NCBI RefSeq assembly: GCF_030028105.1
Contig: NC_092387.1
Coordinates: 55,561,590-55,625,589 of the forward strand
Length of the DNA stretch: 64,000 bases
Reading direction: 5' to 3'
Origin: Mobula birostris
Lineage: Eukaryota
The position numbers and the translations under genes are program-made. The notes under the pieces were generated by a model. The model had not been told where the DNA came from, ran no database searches, and saw only the letters and a list, made by a program, of their open reading frames with translations. Below are positions 11,193-24,855 of this stretch, piece after piece (position 1 is the stretch's first letter; the number at the start of each line of letters is the position of its first letter).

Positions 11193-12500
11193 ATCCTAAA
11201 AAACCTCGAGCAATAGAATGTGAGTTACGTAGGACCGTAAGTTTAATGAGTCACATTATCAAGATACTTCTAAGAATTTTGATGACAAGAGCTAAAAGTA
11301 AGATACAAGCTGAAAGAACAATATGTTTTTGTGAAAGACAAAGGTACAAGAAACACCATATTGATGTTAAGGATACTATCAGAACGAACTATTCAAGTGC
11401 AAAAAGATTTGTTCGTTTGTTTTATTGACTACACAAAAGCATTTGATAAAGTGAAGCACAATAAGTTATTTGAAATATTACAGAAAACTCTAGATTAGAT
11501 TTGAAAGACCTCCGCCTAATCAGAAATCTGTACTGGGAACAAACTGCCGCTGTAAGAATAGATGGAGAAGTCAGTCAGTTTATGAAAATCGAGAGGCGTT
11601 AGGCAAGGGTGTGTTTTCTCCCCTGATTTATTTGATGTGTACAGTGAAACAATATTACAAAACATAAGAAACATCTTGGGAATCAAAGTTGGCAGTGAAA
11701 ACATCAATAATTTCAGATATGCAGATGACACTGTGTTAATTGCAAGTACGGAGGAAGAACTACAAAACTTAATTGATATAGTTGTTGAAGAAAGTGCAAA
11801 AATGGGTCTATCTATCAATTGCAAAAAGACAGAATGTATGGTGATATCCAAAAAGAAGGAGAATCCTATCTGCAAGCTGAGAATAAACGGGGAAGACCTA
11901 AAACAAGTACAGAGCTTTTGCTACTTAGGAAGCTGGGTGACATCAGATGGCAGGTGCGACATGGACATCAAAAGAAGAATAGGGATGGCAAAGGACACCT
12001 TTACGAAAATGAAGAGTATACTGACCAATACTAAACTAGGCACGACAACCTACCTCAGAGTACTGAAATGTTATGTCTATACAGTTATGATATATGGCTC
12101 AGAATGTTGGACAATATATAGTAACATGAGCAAATGAATTGAAGCAGCAGAGGTGTGGTTTTTGAGGAGAATGCAAAGAATATCATGGACGAAATGAATA
12201 TCTAACGAGGATGTCATGAACAGAGCAAACACAAAAAGAAAAATAAAGTATGAGATCATGAAAAGGCAACGTAACTTCATTGGACATGTGATTAGGAAAG
12301 AGGAGTTAGAATGCATGGTAATTATGGGAAAGATTGAAGGGAAGAAAGCAAGAGGAAGACAAAGACAAATGATGATGGGGACAGCAGCCAGAGAACTGGA
12401 AATGAATACCAATGAATTGATCCACTTGACCCGAAACAGGAGTGTGTGGGCCATGGCAGTCAAAGCTCAAACTGGGCACGGCACTTGATGATGATGACGA
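11193..12500 (+). mobile_element. RTE-clade LINE, 5'-truncated, with frameshifts and stops
   Basis: GVRQGCVFSP, INNFRYADDTVLIA, YLGSWVTSDGRC, IEGKKARGRQR motifs and a (GAT)n 3' tail at ~12487-12500. Confidence 0.9.
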
Positions 12501-13584
12501 TATGGAACATTGAGTGGTTGATAGCACAGCTTACTAGAGATTTGCTAGGTTTTGAGGATTGGAGATTTTAGTTACTTGGGATTGACTGGAGCAGTTGGTG
12601 TTGTTTGAGAGGGGATCTGGTAGAGGTTATTAACATCAGGAAGGGTCAGAGCAGAGTAGATAGAGAATAACTATTCCCATCAACAGAGGGGTCACAAATT
12701 ACAGGACGAAAATGATATGAGGAAAAAATAACTTCTGTGCAGCAAAGTGCCAAGGGTCTGGAATATATCACCAGAGGGATTCGAGAACAGGCAGTGTGGT
12801 TGCACAGTACAGAAACTGGCCTTCAGCGCATTGAGTCCATGCTGATCACCAGCCACCCGTCCCACTTCATTCCTCCCACATTGTGTAGTCAGGGATAACA
12901 GTCCAGACGGGAATGGATGAGCACTCGACAGTATTCTAGAGCCATGGGGATAAAGTAGTAGTCTGGATTGTTCACTCACAGAACCTGTATGTGCTGGATG
13001 GACCTCGTAGCCTTCTCTTCTGCTGCAACTTATCATTGACAAACACAAGGACATTCTCTCACTAGTGAAGATTTTTAAAACACTTCCTCAAAAAACTAAT
13101 TAAAGTAAACTAAATTTCAAAAGATTTTGAGTGAATACTTATAAAATGCAATCAATATAATAAATCAGAGTCAGAATCAGGTTAAATATCAATGGCATAC
13201 ATTGTGAAATTTGTTGTTATGTGGCAGCAGTACAGAATAAACTCTGTGGATTACTGTAAGAACTATAGATAACAAGTTATATTAAAAAAGTAGTGTAAAA
13301 ATAGTGAAGTAATGTTCTGATGTTTGGTTTGCATACTTTCATGCATTGAGCGTCTGCCACGTGATTTGCAGATTAGATACTTGAATTAACAAGCAGGTGT
13401 ACACGTGAACCTAGCAAATTGGCCACTGATTGTATTTGATAAACTGAGGCCTTATCTCACCTATTAGAAAAATGTTAAAACATCTCATGCTATCATTTCA
13501 ATAGTTGTATTATATCCTCAGTGTTCCAGACAATATCAGTCAACATCAGGAAAGAAAAGGGTTTGTTCAGTCAATATCTCAGTT

Positions 13585-14315
13585 TTATTTGTGGGATTTC
13601 AAATTTGAAGGCAGAGAACAAGGTTAATGATAGGATTCTTAGCCACGTGGAGGGACAGAGGTATTTTGGGACCAACGTCCATAGATCCCTTAAAGTAACC
13701 CTGCATGTCAATAGGGTGGTTAGAAAGGAGTATGGTATGTTGGCTTTCAAAGGTTCTGTTGTGGCTCTATAAAACTCTGATTGGAATATTGTCTTCTGTT
13801 CTGGTTGCCTCATTACAGGAAGGATATGGAAGCTTTAGACAGGGGGCAGAAGAGACTTAACAGGATTTTGTCTGGTACATGTCTTATGAAGATGGGTTGA
13901 GGAAGCTAGGGTTTTTCTCTTTGGAGTGAAGGAGGATGAGAGGTGACTTGATAGAGGTGTACAAGGTGATAAGAAGCATAGATTGGACAGCCAGACACCT
14001 TTTTCCAGGACAGAAATGGATAATAGAAGGGGGCCATAAACTTAAGGTGATTAGAACAAAGTATAAAGGAGATGTCAGAGGTAAGTTTTTTTCCACCGAA
14101 AGTGATAAGTGCATGGAACACGCCGCAAGGGATGGTGGTAACGGCAGATACAGTATGGATATTTAAGAGACTCTTGGGTATGCACATGGGTGACAGAAAT
14201 GTGGACAGCCATGTGGGAGGGAAGGGTTAGATTGATTTTGAGGTAGATTAAAAAGTTAGCACAAAATTGTGGTCTGAAGGGCTTGTACTTTGCTGTGCTG
14301 TTCCATCTACTATGT
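13585..14315 (+). mobile_element. CR1 LINE 3' fragment
   Basis: RMRGDLIEVYK and GDVRGKFF motifs plus a CR1 3' tail. Confidence 0.8.
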
Positions 14316-15801
14316 AACGTAATAATAGATCAAAACATACTTGTTGACCACAAAACACTTGAAGAACAAGATGACTTCATTAAGAACACCTGTAGTATTA
14401 ATCAGTGGATAGCAGTCTGGGGTTAATTTTGAAATCTAGGCCAAACCAAACCAAGTGCCACAGAAAACATCATTGCAAGTGTCGTACTATTTACAAAGTG
14501 AAGAGGGCATTTAGGAAAACCTGAATGATAATTCTGTGTCATCTCAATAAGGCTGAAATTGCTGTCTCCAGTTCCCTGGCTGATCAGTTCTAATTTCTGA
14601 TTATTATGGCAGGGAGGTGAAATCTCTCAGCCCTGTTAGTGCGAGGAGAATCATACAGTTATAACTAAGGAGAAAAGAAGGCACAGAAAAGCGATTTGAT
14701 ATCTGCATTGCTTGATGTAATGGAGTTTGGAAAGAACACACAAAAAGGAAAAGGAGATGGTGTTACGGGAATAGTAAAAGATGTGATCAGCATCTTTTAA
14801 CAGAAACAGCAGTATGCAGATTTAGAACAATCCCAGTCTATTTTTTTGAACATGTAGAAAAAAAGCATTTTTTTGAATGTTCAGTTATTGATTCTTTCAT
14901 GATTCTATGATTTTCCTGACTACTGATGTTAGGCCAATAGATTGGTTGGTCCCTGCCTGCTCTCATCCACCGCCCTGAATAGTGAAATGGCATTTTCTAA
15001 TCTTCACTGAGCAGGATCCGCTGCAGAGCCTTTAGGATTATGAAGGAGTATAGCCAATGGATTCACTAACTCCACTCAAACATTTGATGTCATTGATGCA
15101 GATTGTGAACAGTTGGTTCTCAAGCACCAATCCCTATGGTAACTCCCTAATCATAGTTTACCAACTTGAGGAAAATCCCATTTATTCACTTTATATAGCT
15201 TCTGTCTTCTAAACAATTCTCAATCCATGAAGATAAAGATTGACTGTATCCGTCACATCAAAACATACAGTGAAACATGTCTTTGCACCAACAGCTAACA
15301 CAGTCCAAGGATGTGCTGAGGGAAGTCCATAACTGTCACCATGTTTCCTGCAGGTCATTAGGTTCTTGCAATTTATCAGCTTGCAGTCCATAATTTATAA
15401 TTTGCATTAATTTCTTCTATTCTTCATTCTCCATCAATATTTGCTTAATTTCACTTCCATTTCCTTATTATCCATCTCTGTCTGTACTGACCCACATCTG
15501 CTCTCACTCATCTTTTCCCTTTGTTACAAACCCCCCAGCAGTTTTGACAGACTATTTTATACATTCATCAATGGTTACTGTCATGTTGTAGCTTCTCTTT
15601 CTTTATCAGTCTCTTGGCCCCTTGCTTGAGATCTAAGTCACTGCCAATCCTTGGGCCAACTTGTATTTCTGGCAATATTATATGCCTTAGATTTAATACT
15701 TTTTAAAATTTCCTGTCAGTCACATGTTGACCACTCTTCATTTGGATTTCTCCTCTTTAAAAGAATATATTGTTTCACAAATTATATGCTTTTCTATGAA
15801 A

Positions 15802-16391
15802 TGCCATGGTCCTGACCATTAATTCCCCATTTTCTCCTAATTTCCTTTGATTATGCCACGGCTCCGACCGTTAATTCCCCATTTTCTCCTAATTTCCTTT
15901 GATGGCGGGACACCTGGTTTTCATCAAGACCTGCAGCATAAGAACCCTGGCTTTGCACCCACTATTTGCCAGATCGTTGGTTTTGCCAGTGTGGTAATTA
16001 GCGTTTCCCAGCCACTTAGGATTGTTTGTTCTAAGTTTTGCTTCAGTACCGAGATTTACCTGTGAAACTCAGTCTCTCCGTGTCAAATTAAGTTTTCTAA
16101 GTTTTTCTCCAGTTCCAAGGTTTCCCTGTGTAACTCAGTCTCTCCGTGTCAAGATAAGTATTCTAGGTTTTACTTCAGCACCGAGGTTTACCTGTGTAAC
16201 TCCGTCTCTCTGTGCTAAGAAGAGTTTTGTCTACTTTCCTTTCTACGCTCCACATCAAGATAAATTCTGACTGCCTCCTGCTTTCCTGCACTCCCCCCTG
16301 TTTGCGGTTCAACACTCACGCCCGTGTCTGCATCCTAACTCAGTCTCCATGCCTGTTTCCCGCATTTGGGTTCGCCTCGTTCGCTGCAACA
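15802..16391 (+). mobile_element. Solo LTR with internal tandem duplications
   Basis: TG...CA ends. Start 'tgccatggtcc' and end 'gcatttgggttcgcc' resemble the LTR at 54770-56167. Internal ~50-bp x2 and ~60-bp x3 repeats. TSD is imperfect (gaaa/gaac). Confidence 0.6.
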
Positions 16392-16849
16392 GAACATGCA
16401 TTGGAATAGGGTTTGGCCTTGAACTACATCACTTGCAAACTTGATGCAAAATTGGATTTAATTTTTACTAAATTAAGTAAAATACAGTGAAAAGATCTGT
16501 TTTGCACATCACCTGGACAGGTTGTTCCATGCATAACTACATCGAGATAGTAAAAAGAGAAAAAAAATGCAGAATATGGTGTTACAGTTCCAGCAAGAGT
16601 GTAGTACAGGTAGACAAATAAAATGCAGTGAGATGGATTGGGAGGTCAAGAGTGTATCCTTCTCTGGGATTGGAAGTCTGTCGTTCGCGCGTGTTTGGGT
16701 GGGAGGGATGGACGAAAGAGACTTCTTTTGCTGTTGTTGCTTTGTTGCTTGTTGTGCTCTGTGTTGTTCTCCTGAGCATTGTGGGTACGCTATGTTGGCG
16801 CTGGAATGTGTGGCCACACTTGCGAGCTGCCACCAACACATCCTTGGGT

Positions 16850-17312
16850 CATTGAATTGAATTGAATTGACTTTATTACTTACATCCTTCACATACATGA
16901 GAAGTAAAAATCTTTACATTACGTCTCCCTCTAAATTGGCAATGTGCAATTTATAATAAATAGCATGTACAACAGGACAGTCAGTATAACAGAAATAAAA
17001 TTGTATCAGCATGAGTTAATGCTGGCCTGGTGGAAGAAGCTGTCCTGGAGCCTGTTGGTCCTGGCTTTTATGCTGTGGTACCATTTCCCAGATGATCACA
17101 GCGGGAACAGTTTGTGACTGGGGTGACTCGGGTCCCCAATGATCTTTCGGGCCCTTTTTACTCACCTGGCTTTGTAAGTGTCCTGTAAAGTGGGAAGTTC
17201 ACATCTACAGATGCGCTGGGCTGTCCACACCACTCTCTGCAAAATCCTGCAACTGAGGGAAGTACAGTTTCCATACCAGGCAGTGATGCAGCCAGTCAGG
17301 ATGCTCTCAATT
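16850..17312 (-). mobile_element. Rex/Babar LINE 3' fragment inserted in a SINE
   Basis: Minus-strand ESILTGCITAWYG and SFFHQAS motifs with an (AATTC)n tail. Confidence 0.7.
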
Positions 17313-17647
17313 GGTCTTTAACTCAAAGGACTCATTTCACTGTATGTTTTGGTGTGCATGTGATAAATGTATCTGTGTCTGAATCTGAATTGTTTAGTGA
17401 ATGAGAGATCAACTCAAATAGCCACAGGATAGAAGCCATCCCTGCTATTTTAACAGGGTTTAGCAGAGTCAGATGAACTAATGATTGGAAAAACTTGTTT
17501 GACTAATTCAGTGGAGTTGTTTGAGGATATAAGGGCATGGTGGTTATAGTCTATTAGATTTTCGGGAGGATTTTAATTTCAATGTCAAATACAGAAGATT
17601 GGACAAGGTGGTTAGAGTATCTGGAATTGGGAATATATATATGGTTA

Positions 17648-17925
17648 TGGGCAGCATGGTGGCATAGTGGTTAGCAAATTCTTTATAGCACCAGTGACCC
17701 AGGTTCAATTCACTGATTGTCTGTCGGGAGTTTGTATGTTCTCTTCATGACCATGTGGGTATCCTCCAGGTGCTCTTGTTTCTTCCCTCATATGTTACAA
17801 AGATGTACAGGTGAGAAGTTGCTGGCATGCTACGTTGGCACCAGAAGCATGGCTACACTTAGTGGTTGCCCCAGCACATCCTTGGCCTGTGTTGGTTATT
17901 AACATAAATGACGCATTTCACAGTA
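17648..17925 (+). mobile_element. tRNA-derived V-SINE (HE1-like), nested in an old CR1
   Basis: A-box 'tggcatagtgg', B-box 'ggttcaattc' and V-domain-like core 'ggagtttgtatgttctc...gtgggtatcctccaggtgctc'. Relatives at ~6490-6700, ~8570-8750, ~19190-19340 (-), ~29590-29790 (-) and ~62740-62910 (-). Confidence 0.7.
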
Positions 17926-18552
17926 TAAGAACTGGTTTAAAGACAGAAGCTATAGAGAGTGAACAAATAAAAGTTTCCTCAGGCTGGTAAACTATGACTA
18001 AGGGTTACCTCAGGGATTGGAGCTTGAGACCCAAATGTATGCAATCTGCGTCAAGGACATTGCTGATGAGATCAAGCATCAAACTTGTTTTTTTTGCTGA
18101 TGACCCAATTCTAATGAAGAGGATGAGGGGAAGAGGCAAAACATGGCATTGAAGAATATAATGTTCAATACTGTGAACTTAACCTCTTCAGTGCAGGATA
18201 TAGAAAAGCAGAATATTTAAAATGGTGACAGATTGTGAAATGTCGATGTCCAAAGAGCTAGAATTGTCCTTGGCCTTGAATCACCGTAAACTAACACACA
18301 ATGCTAACCTGGTGTAGCTAACTATTAACAAGCCAGTGGTACTTGTTCACAAAGGCAAGATTTAAGTCCAAGAGTAGAGAGGTAATGGATCACTTACATA
18401 GGGAATTGGTGAGTGCATCTGGAATATTAAAGATTGGCTTTTTTATACATGTACATTGAAATATTGAAACATAGTGAAATTCATCATTCATATCAATGAC
18501 CAACCCAGTCCAAGGATGTGCTAGGATTAATCTGTAAGTATCGCTATGCTTC

Positions 18553-19166
18553 TCATAGTCATAGTCATAGTCATACTTTATTGAGCCCGGGAGAAATTGG
18601 TGTTCGTTACAGTTGCACCATAAATAATAAATACTAATAAAACCATAAATAGTTAAATAGTAATAAGTAAATTATGCCAGTAAATTATGAAATAAGTCCA
18701 GGACCAGCCTATTGGCTCAGGGTGTCTGACCCTCCAAGGGAGGAGTTGTAAAGTTTGATGGCCACAGGCAGGAATGACTTCCTATGACACTTAGTATTGC
18801 ATCTCGGTGGAATGAGTCTCTGACTGAATGTACTCCTGTGCCCACCCAGTACATTATGTAGTGGATGGGAGATATTGTCCAAGGTGGCATGCAACTTGGA
18901 CAGCATCCTATTTTCAGACACTACCGTCAGAGAGTCCAGTTCCATCCCCACAACATCACTGGCCTTACGAATGAGTTTGTTGATTCTGTTGGTGTCTGCT
19001 ACCCTCAGCCTGCTGCCCCAGCATACAACAGCAAACATGATAGCACTGGCCACCACAGACTCGTAGAACATCCTCAGCATTGTCCGGCAGATGTTAAAGG
19101 ACCTCACTCTCCTCAGGAAATAGAGACGGCTCTGACCCTTCTTGTAGACAGCCTCAGTGTTCTTTG
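18553..19166 (-). mobile_element. Rex/Babar LINE 3' fragment (relatively young)
   Basis: NTEAVYKKGQSRLYFLRRVRSF...KSFLPVAIKLYN in an open frame with a (GACTAT)n tail. Inserted into a SINE. Confidence 0.85.
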
Positions 19167-21346
19167 GTGCATTGTGTTCTGGCACCAATGTAGCGTGTTC
19201 ACACCTTACTAACCCTAACCCTAACCCATACATCTTTGGAATGTGGGAGGAAACCAAAGAAACTGAAGAAAAGCCATGCAGTCACAGGAAGAATGGCACT
19301 GTCATAGTGTTATGCTAACCACTATGCTATTGATTCCACCCGTCAACTTTGGCCTCCTTATATAGAGGAGGACATAGTAAGCCAAGAAAAATGGAGAATA
19401 TCAGGAGATTGACCAGTCCAGGTCCTGGCCTAGCAAGTCACCGAATGAAGGAAAACTGAACATTTATTTTCCAGAGTTTAGGAGAATGGAGACAACCTCA
19501 TTGAAACTCACAGGGCTCGACCGGCTGTGTGCAGAGAGAATATTTATCCATGTCAAGAGGTTTTAGAACTGAGGATCACAGCCTCTAAATGAGAGATTGG
19601 CTCTTAGGAAAGAGATGAGAAGAAATATTTTCACCCAGGGGGAGGGGTGTGGCGGCTCAGTCACTGAGTCAATTCCAGAGCTCATTTCTTATGTTCTAAT
19701 GACAGATTCCTTCAAGGACAGGAGTGTCAGGCAATGAGGAAAGCTGATGAACAGGAAGAGCTTGTTAGTTCAGCAAGAAACATCTCAGAACCCAGTGCAG
19801 ACAAATAGCATTGTCATTTTGGTCTTATGGGCATGGGATTTCAAAGGAAAGGCAGACGTCAGACAAGAATTTAAGGAAGTTGTTTTGAAAAAAATTTTTC
19901 AAAACCTTCCTTTAATCATACCAAGGCATAATGTGGAGATTTCAGATGAGACAACTGAGAAAGACACAACAGCAACAAGAATTAACAGTAGGATTAGTAT
20001 GCACTACCTTCTCCAAAGGTCAATTGTCACATCCCTAACCGAAGAAAACCAAACTATGAAGGTTTATAATTGAAAGAGGAATAACGTTGGCATCCTGTGA
20101 CATGAGCCCTGTCCCACATACATCACGCTCATGCCTGTAATAACTAAGCCTTTGACTATAAGTTAGCTAATTCAATTAACAACAGAAGGAGGAGAATTTT
20201 TTAATGTTAAAGGAGAATCAAATTGTTGTGCATTTTCAGTTTTGAAATGTTACTGATAATCATTCCTTCCAAGCTTTATTGATCACATGTTGTAATATCC
20301 AAAATATTTCTCTTCTCACAGATGTAGCCTGACCTGCTGAGCATTTCCATAAGTCATTGGGGCAGAATTTGGCCATTCGGTCTATTTTTTGTATGCTTTC
20401 CCATCTCCTCTGACCTTACTCATCTGCCTTTAATTGCAGTTCCTCAATTCATATCAGCTCTGATTCAAAAGAAAGAACTCTCAGAGGGTATTGTGACATA
20501 CTCAAACAGCATGTGTATCATCTGGGTCTGCTTGAGCTCCATACCAGCACAGAGATTTCCTTTGTTCCCACTAATCTTGTCCCTTCTCTGCAACTTAAAC
20601 CAATCTGTCTTTTCTTAGTTTTCTAGTTTTGAAAACATTTACTGTTTCTCTCTCGATAGATGCAGTCCGATCTGCTGAATATATGAGCATAAGACATAAG
20701 AGCAGAATTAGGCCATTCAGCCCATCAAATCTGCTCTGCCATTCCGTCTTGGCTGATTTATTATCTGTCTTAGCCCCATTCTCCTGCCTTCTCCCCATAA
20801 CCTTTAACACCCTAACTAATCAAGAACCTATCAATCTCCACTTTAAATATACCCAATGACTTGGCCTTCCCAGCCATCTGTGGCATTAAATTCCACAGAT
20901 TCACCACCCGCTGGCTAAAGAAATTCCACCTCTTCCCTGTTTCTGTTTTCAGTGGTTTCTGTTTGTATTCTAAAATATCTTGTTGGGGGTTTGTGGGACA
21001 GGGTGGTGGAATAGTGAAACAGATAATAATTAGACGAGCAGGAACACGACGTAGCACAATCACAAATACCAGCTCTTAAACAAAATAATTGACATTTACT
21101 TCATGAGAATATTAGATAGTGATTGTGACAAGTGACTGATGCAAAGCCACTTTCATGGCACCGTGTCTGTGACAAATTTCACACCCAGTGTTATTTTATA
21201 TATTACAGATTATAGTGCTGACATTCACAAATAAAAATCTGGAAACCAGCAGGAAGTAATTGAAATCTTATTGATTCATGTTCTAGCTGTATTCTAATTC
21301 CCAAGAGGAATGACACATACCTTCCTATCTTTGGGAATCAAGTCAC

Positions 21347-21748
21347 TGTAATGAGCTCTTCAGGCCTGTGGGGGAGCTGGAGAGCATTGGGCTCTGAGGT
21401 TTTGTCAAGCATCTAAATTGTTTAATTGTTGTTAAATGAAAGTCATTAATTGGTTAAATTTCCATGTGTTTTTCTCAAGCAACTTACTCTTTGTAATGTG
21501 GTCTCCTGGCGCTTTCTGGTTAAACTTGTGAAGTTTATTTTGATAGGCTTGGTTACTTGTGATATATAAGCGGATACCCAACTAGCACTAATCGTGGGGT
21601 CCCAGCTTTACGAGTGTTACGTCTCACAGTGTCGCTCGGCCAGGCCACTGGCGTTCTATTGGTATTCATATGAATAAACTCTGGTCAGCGTCTCTACATT
21701 GGAGTCTGTCTTTCCTTCACACTGGGGTTCCTAGGGCACATCATGACA
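21347..21748 (+). mobile_element. Probable solo LTR
   Basis: TGTAATG...CATGACA inverted termini, TATATAA at ~21563, AATAAA at ~21673, flanks GTCAC/GTCAT. Confidence 0.5.
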
Positions 21749-22431
21749 GTCATAGAGCACTGCAATACAAAACAGGTCCTTTGGCCCATCTGGTCTGTGC
21801 CAAACTATTATTCTGCCTAGTTCCAATGACCTGCAGCTGGACCATAGTCCTCCATATCCCTTCCATCCATGTACTCATCTAAACATTTATTTAATGTTAC
21901 AATAAAACCCATATCCACTACTTTTCACTGGCAGCTCATTCCATACTCACACCACCGATGAGTGAAGATGTTCCTCCTCAAGTTCCCCTTTCACTTTTCA
22001 CCCTTACCCTATGACCTCTAGTTCTACTCTCACACAGAGGAAGAAGTTTGCATCCATTTGCCCTATCTATACCCCTGGATTTTTCATACCTCTATACCCC
22101 TCATTCCTCTGCACGCCAGAAAATGAAGGCCTAGCCTATTCAACCTTTCCCTTTCACTCAGGTCCTCAAGTCCCAGCAATGTCCTGGTATATATCCCCAT
22201 ACTTTTTCAATTTTATTGATGCAATCTTAATGTAATGATGTAACCCAGCTGGACTGCGGAGGAGTGAAAGAAACGAAATCCAGATCTCCAACATTTGAAA
22301 TGAAGAAATTCTGCAAGTTCAAATGAATTTTCTTTCTATATTCTGTGCAAAGCATGGAAACAATAGATATTGAAGGCACCTCATTGATTTTATAATGTGG
22401 CACTATAGCACTGTCTCATTGCTGTACTTGA

Positions 22432-23750
22432 GCAATTTCAAATACCTGGGTGTTAAGCTCTCTGAGGATCTAACCTGGTCCCAACACAGATCCCTGAAAG
22501 TTGCCTCACAGGTGGATAGGGTAGTTAAGAAAGCTTATGGGGTGTTAGCTTTCATAAGTCGAGGGATAGAGTTTAAGAGTCGCGATGTAATGATGCAGCT
22601 CTATAAAACTCTGGTTAGGCCACACTTGGAGTACTGTGTCCATTTCTGGTCACCTCACTATAGGAAGGATGTGGAAGCATTGGAAAGGGTACAGAGGAGA
22701 TTTACCAGGATGCTGCCTGGTTTAGAGAGTATGCATTATGATCAGAGATTAAGGGAGCTAGGGCTTTACTCTTTGGAGAGAAGGAGGATGAGAGGAGACA
22801 TGATAGAGTTGTACAAGATAATAAGAGGAATAGATAGAGTGGATAGCCAGCGCCTCTTCCCCAGGGCATCACTGCTCAATACAAGAGGACATGGCTTTAA
22901 GGTAAGGGGTGGGAAGTTCAAGGGGGATATTAGAGGAAGGTTTTTTACTCAGAGAGTGGATGGTGCGTGGAATGCTCTGCCTGAGTCAGTGGTGGAGGCA
23001 GATACATTAGTGAAGTTTAGCAGACTACTGGACAGGTATATGGAGGAATCTAAGGTGGGGGCTTATATGGGACGCAGGGTTTGAGGGTCAGCACAACATT
23101 GTGGGCCGAAGGGCCTGTACTGTGCAGTACTATTCTATGTTCTATGTTCCATATCAATGCAGCTATGCAGCGGGCAAGACAGTGGCTATATTTCGTTAGA
23201 AGTTTGAGGACATTTGGATTGTCACCTAAAAAACTCAAAAAATTCTACAGGTGTACAGTGAAGAGCATTCTGACTGGCTGCATCACCATTTGGTATGGGG
23301 TGGGGGAGTTACTGCACAGGATCAAAAGAGGCTGCAGGAAAGTTGTAAAATTAGTCATCTTCGTCATGTGTACCAGCCTCAGTAGTATCCAAGACACCTT
23401 CAAGGAGCGGTGCCTCAGAAAGATGGCATGCATCATTATGGACATCCACCCCCCAGGAAATGTCCTCTTCTCACTGTTTCCATCAGATGGGAGGTACAGA
23501 AGCCTGAAGGCACACACTTAGCAATTCAGAAACAGCTGCTTCCCCTCCGCCACCCAATTCCTAAATGGACATTGAACTCACGAGCACCACCTCATTTTTT
23601 AAAATTATTTTTGTTTATGCACTTATTTATTTATTTTATATATAATATTGTAATTGATTTAATTATTCATTTTTTCTATATTATCATGTATTGCATTGTA
23701 CTGCTGCTGGCACAAATTTCAAGACATATGCTGGTGATATTAAAACTGGT
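22432..23750 (+). mobile_element. Rex/Babar fragment interrupted by a young CR1 3' fragment (~22486-23150)
   Basis: FKYLGVKLSEDLTWSQH resumes after the CR1 as INAAMQRARQWLYFVRSL. The CR1 part is an open LYKTLVRPHLEYC...RRRMRGDMIE frame with a (TTCTATG)n tail. Confidence 0.85.
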
Positions 23751-24458
23751 TCTGAAACGTGAGGCCGAAGGTTGAAGATCAGAGGTGAGAGATTTAAGAT
23801 GGGCATCAAGGACAATTTCCTCGCTCAAAAGGTGGTGAATATTCGGATTAAGCTGCCAGAATTAGTGTTTAAGGTGGGCACATTAGCAACATTTGAAAAC
23901 CATCAGGTACATCAGGTGAGGTTTGTGGGATAATGGGCAAATATGGGCAGATGTGACGAGTTTGCTGAGCCACAATTTGGGTCGATGGGCCTACTTCTAT
24001 GCTTTATGACTTTTTCTTTATATCTCTAGAATTAATCTCTTTGATTTAAACAATGCCATGGTTATATTTAAGTACTCTCACGTTAACACTCATATATGTT
24101 TAAGCATATACCTTTATAAAACGACCTCCCTCTTTGCCCAGTCATAGTAAAGGATGAATTAAAATCCAGTCAGTAAATAAAGTTGCTGTTAACCTGGTAC
24201 TGAAGGACTTCAACTGAAGGGCCTCACTTTCAAGGACTCTGCAACTTGCATTCTTCTTATTATTTATTTATTATTACTACAGTATTTGATTTTTTTTGCA
24301 TTTGTAGTTTATCTTCTTTTGCACACTGGTTGTTTGTCAGTCTTTCTGTGCAGTTTCTCATTGATTCCTTCGTATTTCTTTGTTCCACTGTGAATGCCTG
24401 CAAGAAAATGAATCTCAGGGTAGTATATGGTGACATATACGTACTTTGATAATATAAA

Positions 24459-24855
24459 CATCAGAATGGAAAAGAAATGTGACTTTGATTGTGCCACTGT
24501 TGGTGCCAGATGGAGTAGTTTGAGTATTTTAGAAACTGCTGATCTTCTTGGATTTTTATGCATAACATTCTCTAGATTTACAGAGAATGGTGTGAGAAAC
24601 ACAAATATATACAGTGAGTGGCAGTCCTGTGTGTGAAAATGCCTTGTTAATGAGAGAGGTCAGAGAAGAATGGCCAGACTGGTTCAAGTTGACAGGAAGG
24701 TGACAGTAACTAAAATAACCATGCTTTACAATGGTGGTAGAGCAGAAGAATATTTCTGAATGCAAGACAAGTAGAACCTTGAACTGGATGGGCTACAGCA
24801 CTAGAAGACCACACCAGGGTCCACTCCTGTACCGAAAAATGCAGCCACTGAGTGT
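24459..24855 (+). mobile_element. Tc1/mariner non-autonomous fragment
   Basis: Same family as 5512-6208 (VGARWSSLSILETADLLGF) with a decayed 3' TIR. Confidence 0.7.

Noticed and set aside
17648-17715. tRNA-like A/B boxes
   Set aside because: SINE head with no cloverleaf, continuing into the V-SINE core.
19210-19227. (TAACCC)3 telomere-like repeat
   Set aside because: Only three units and internal to a V-SINE, so not an interstitial telomere.
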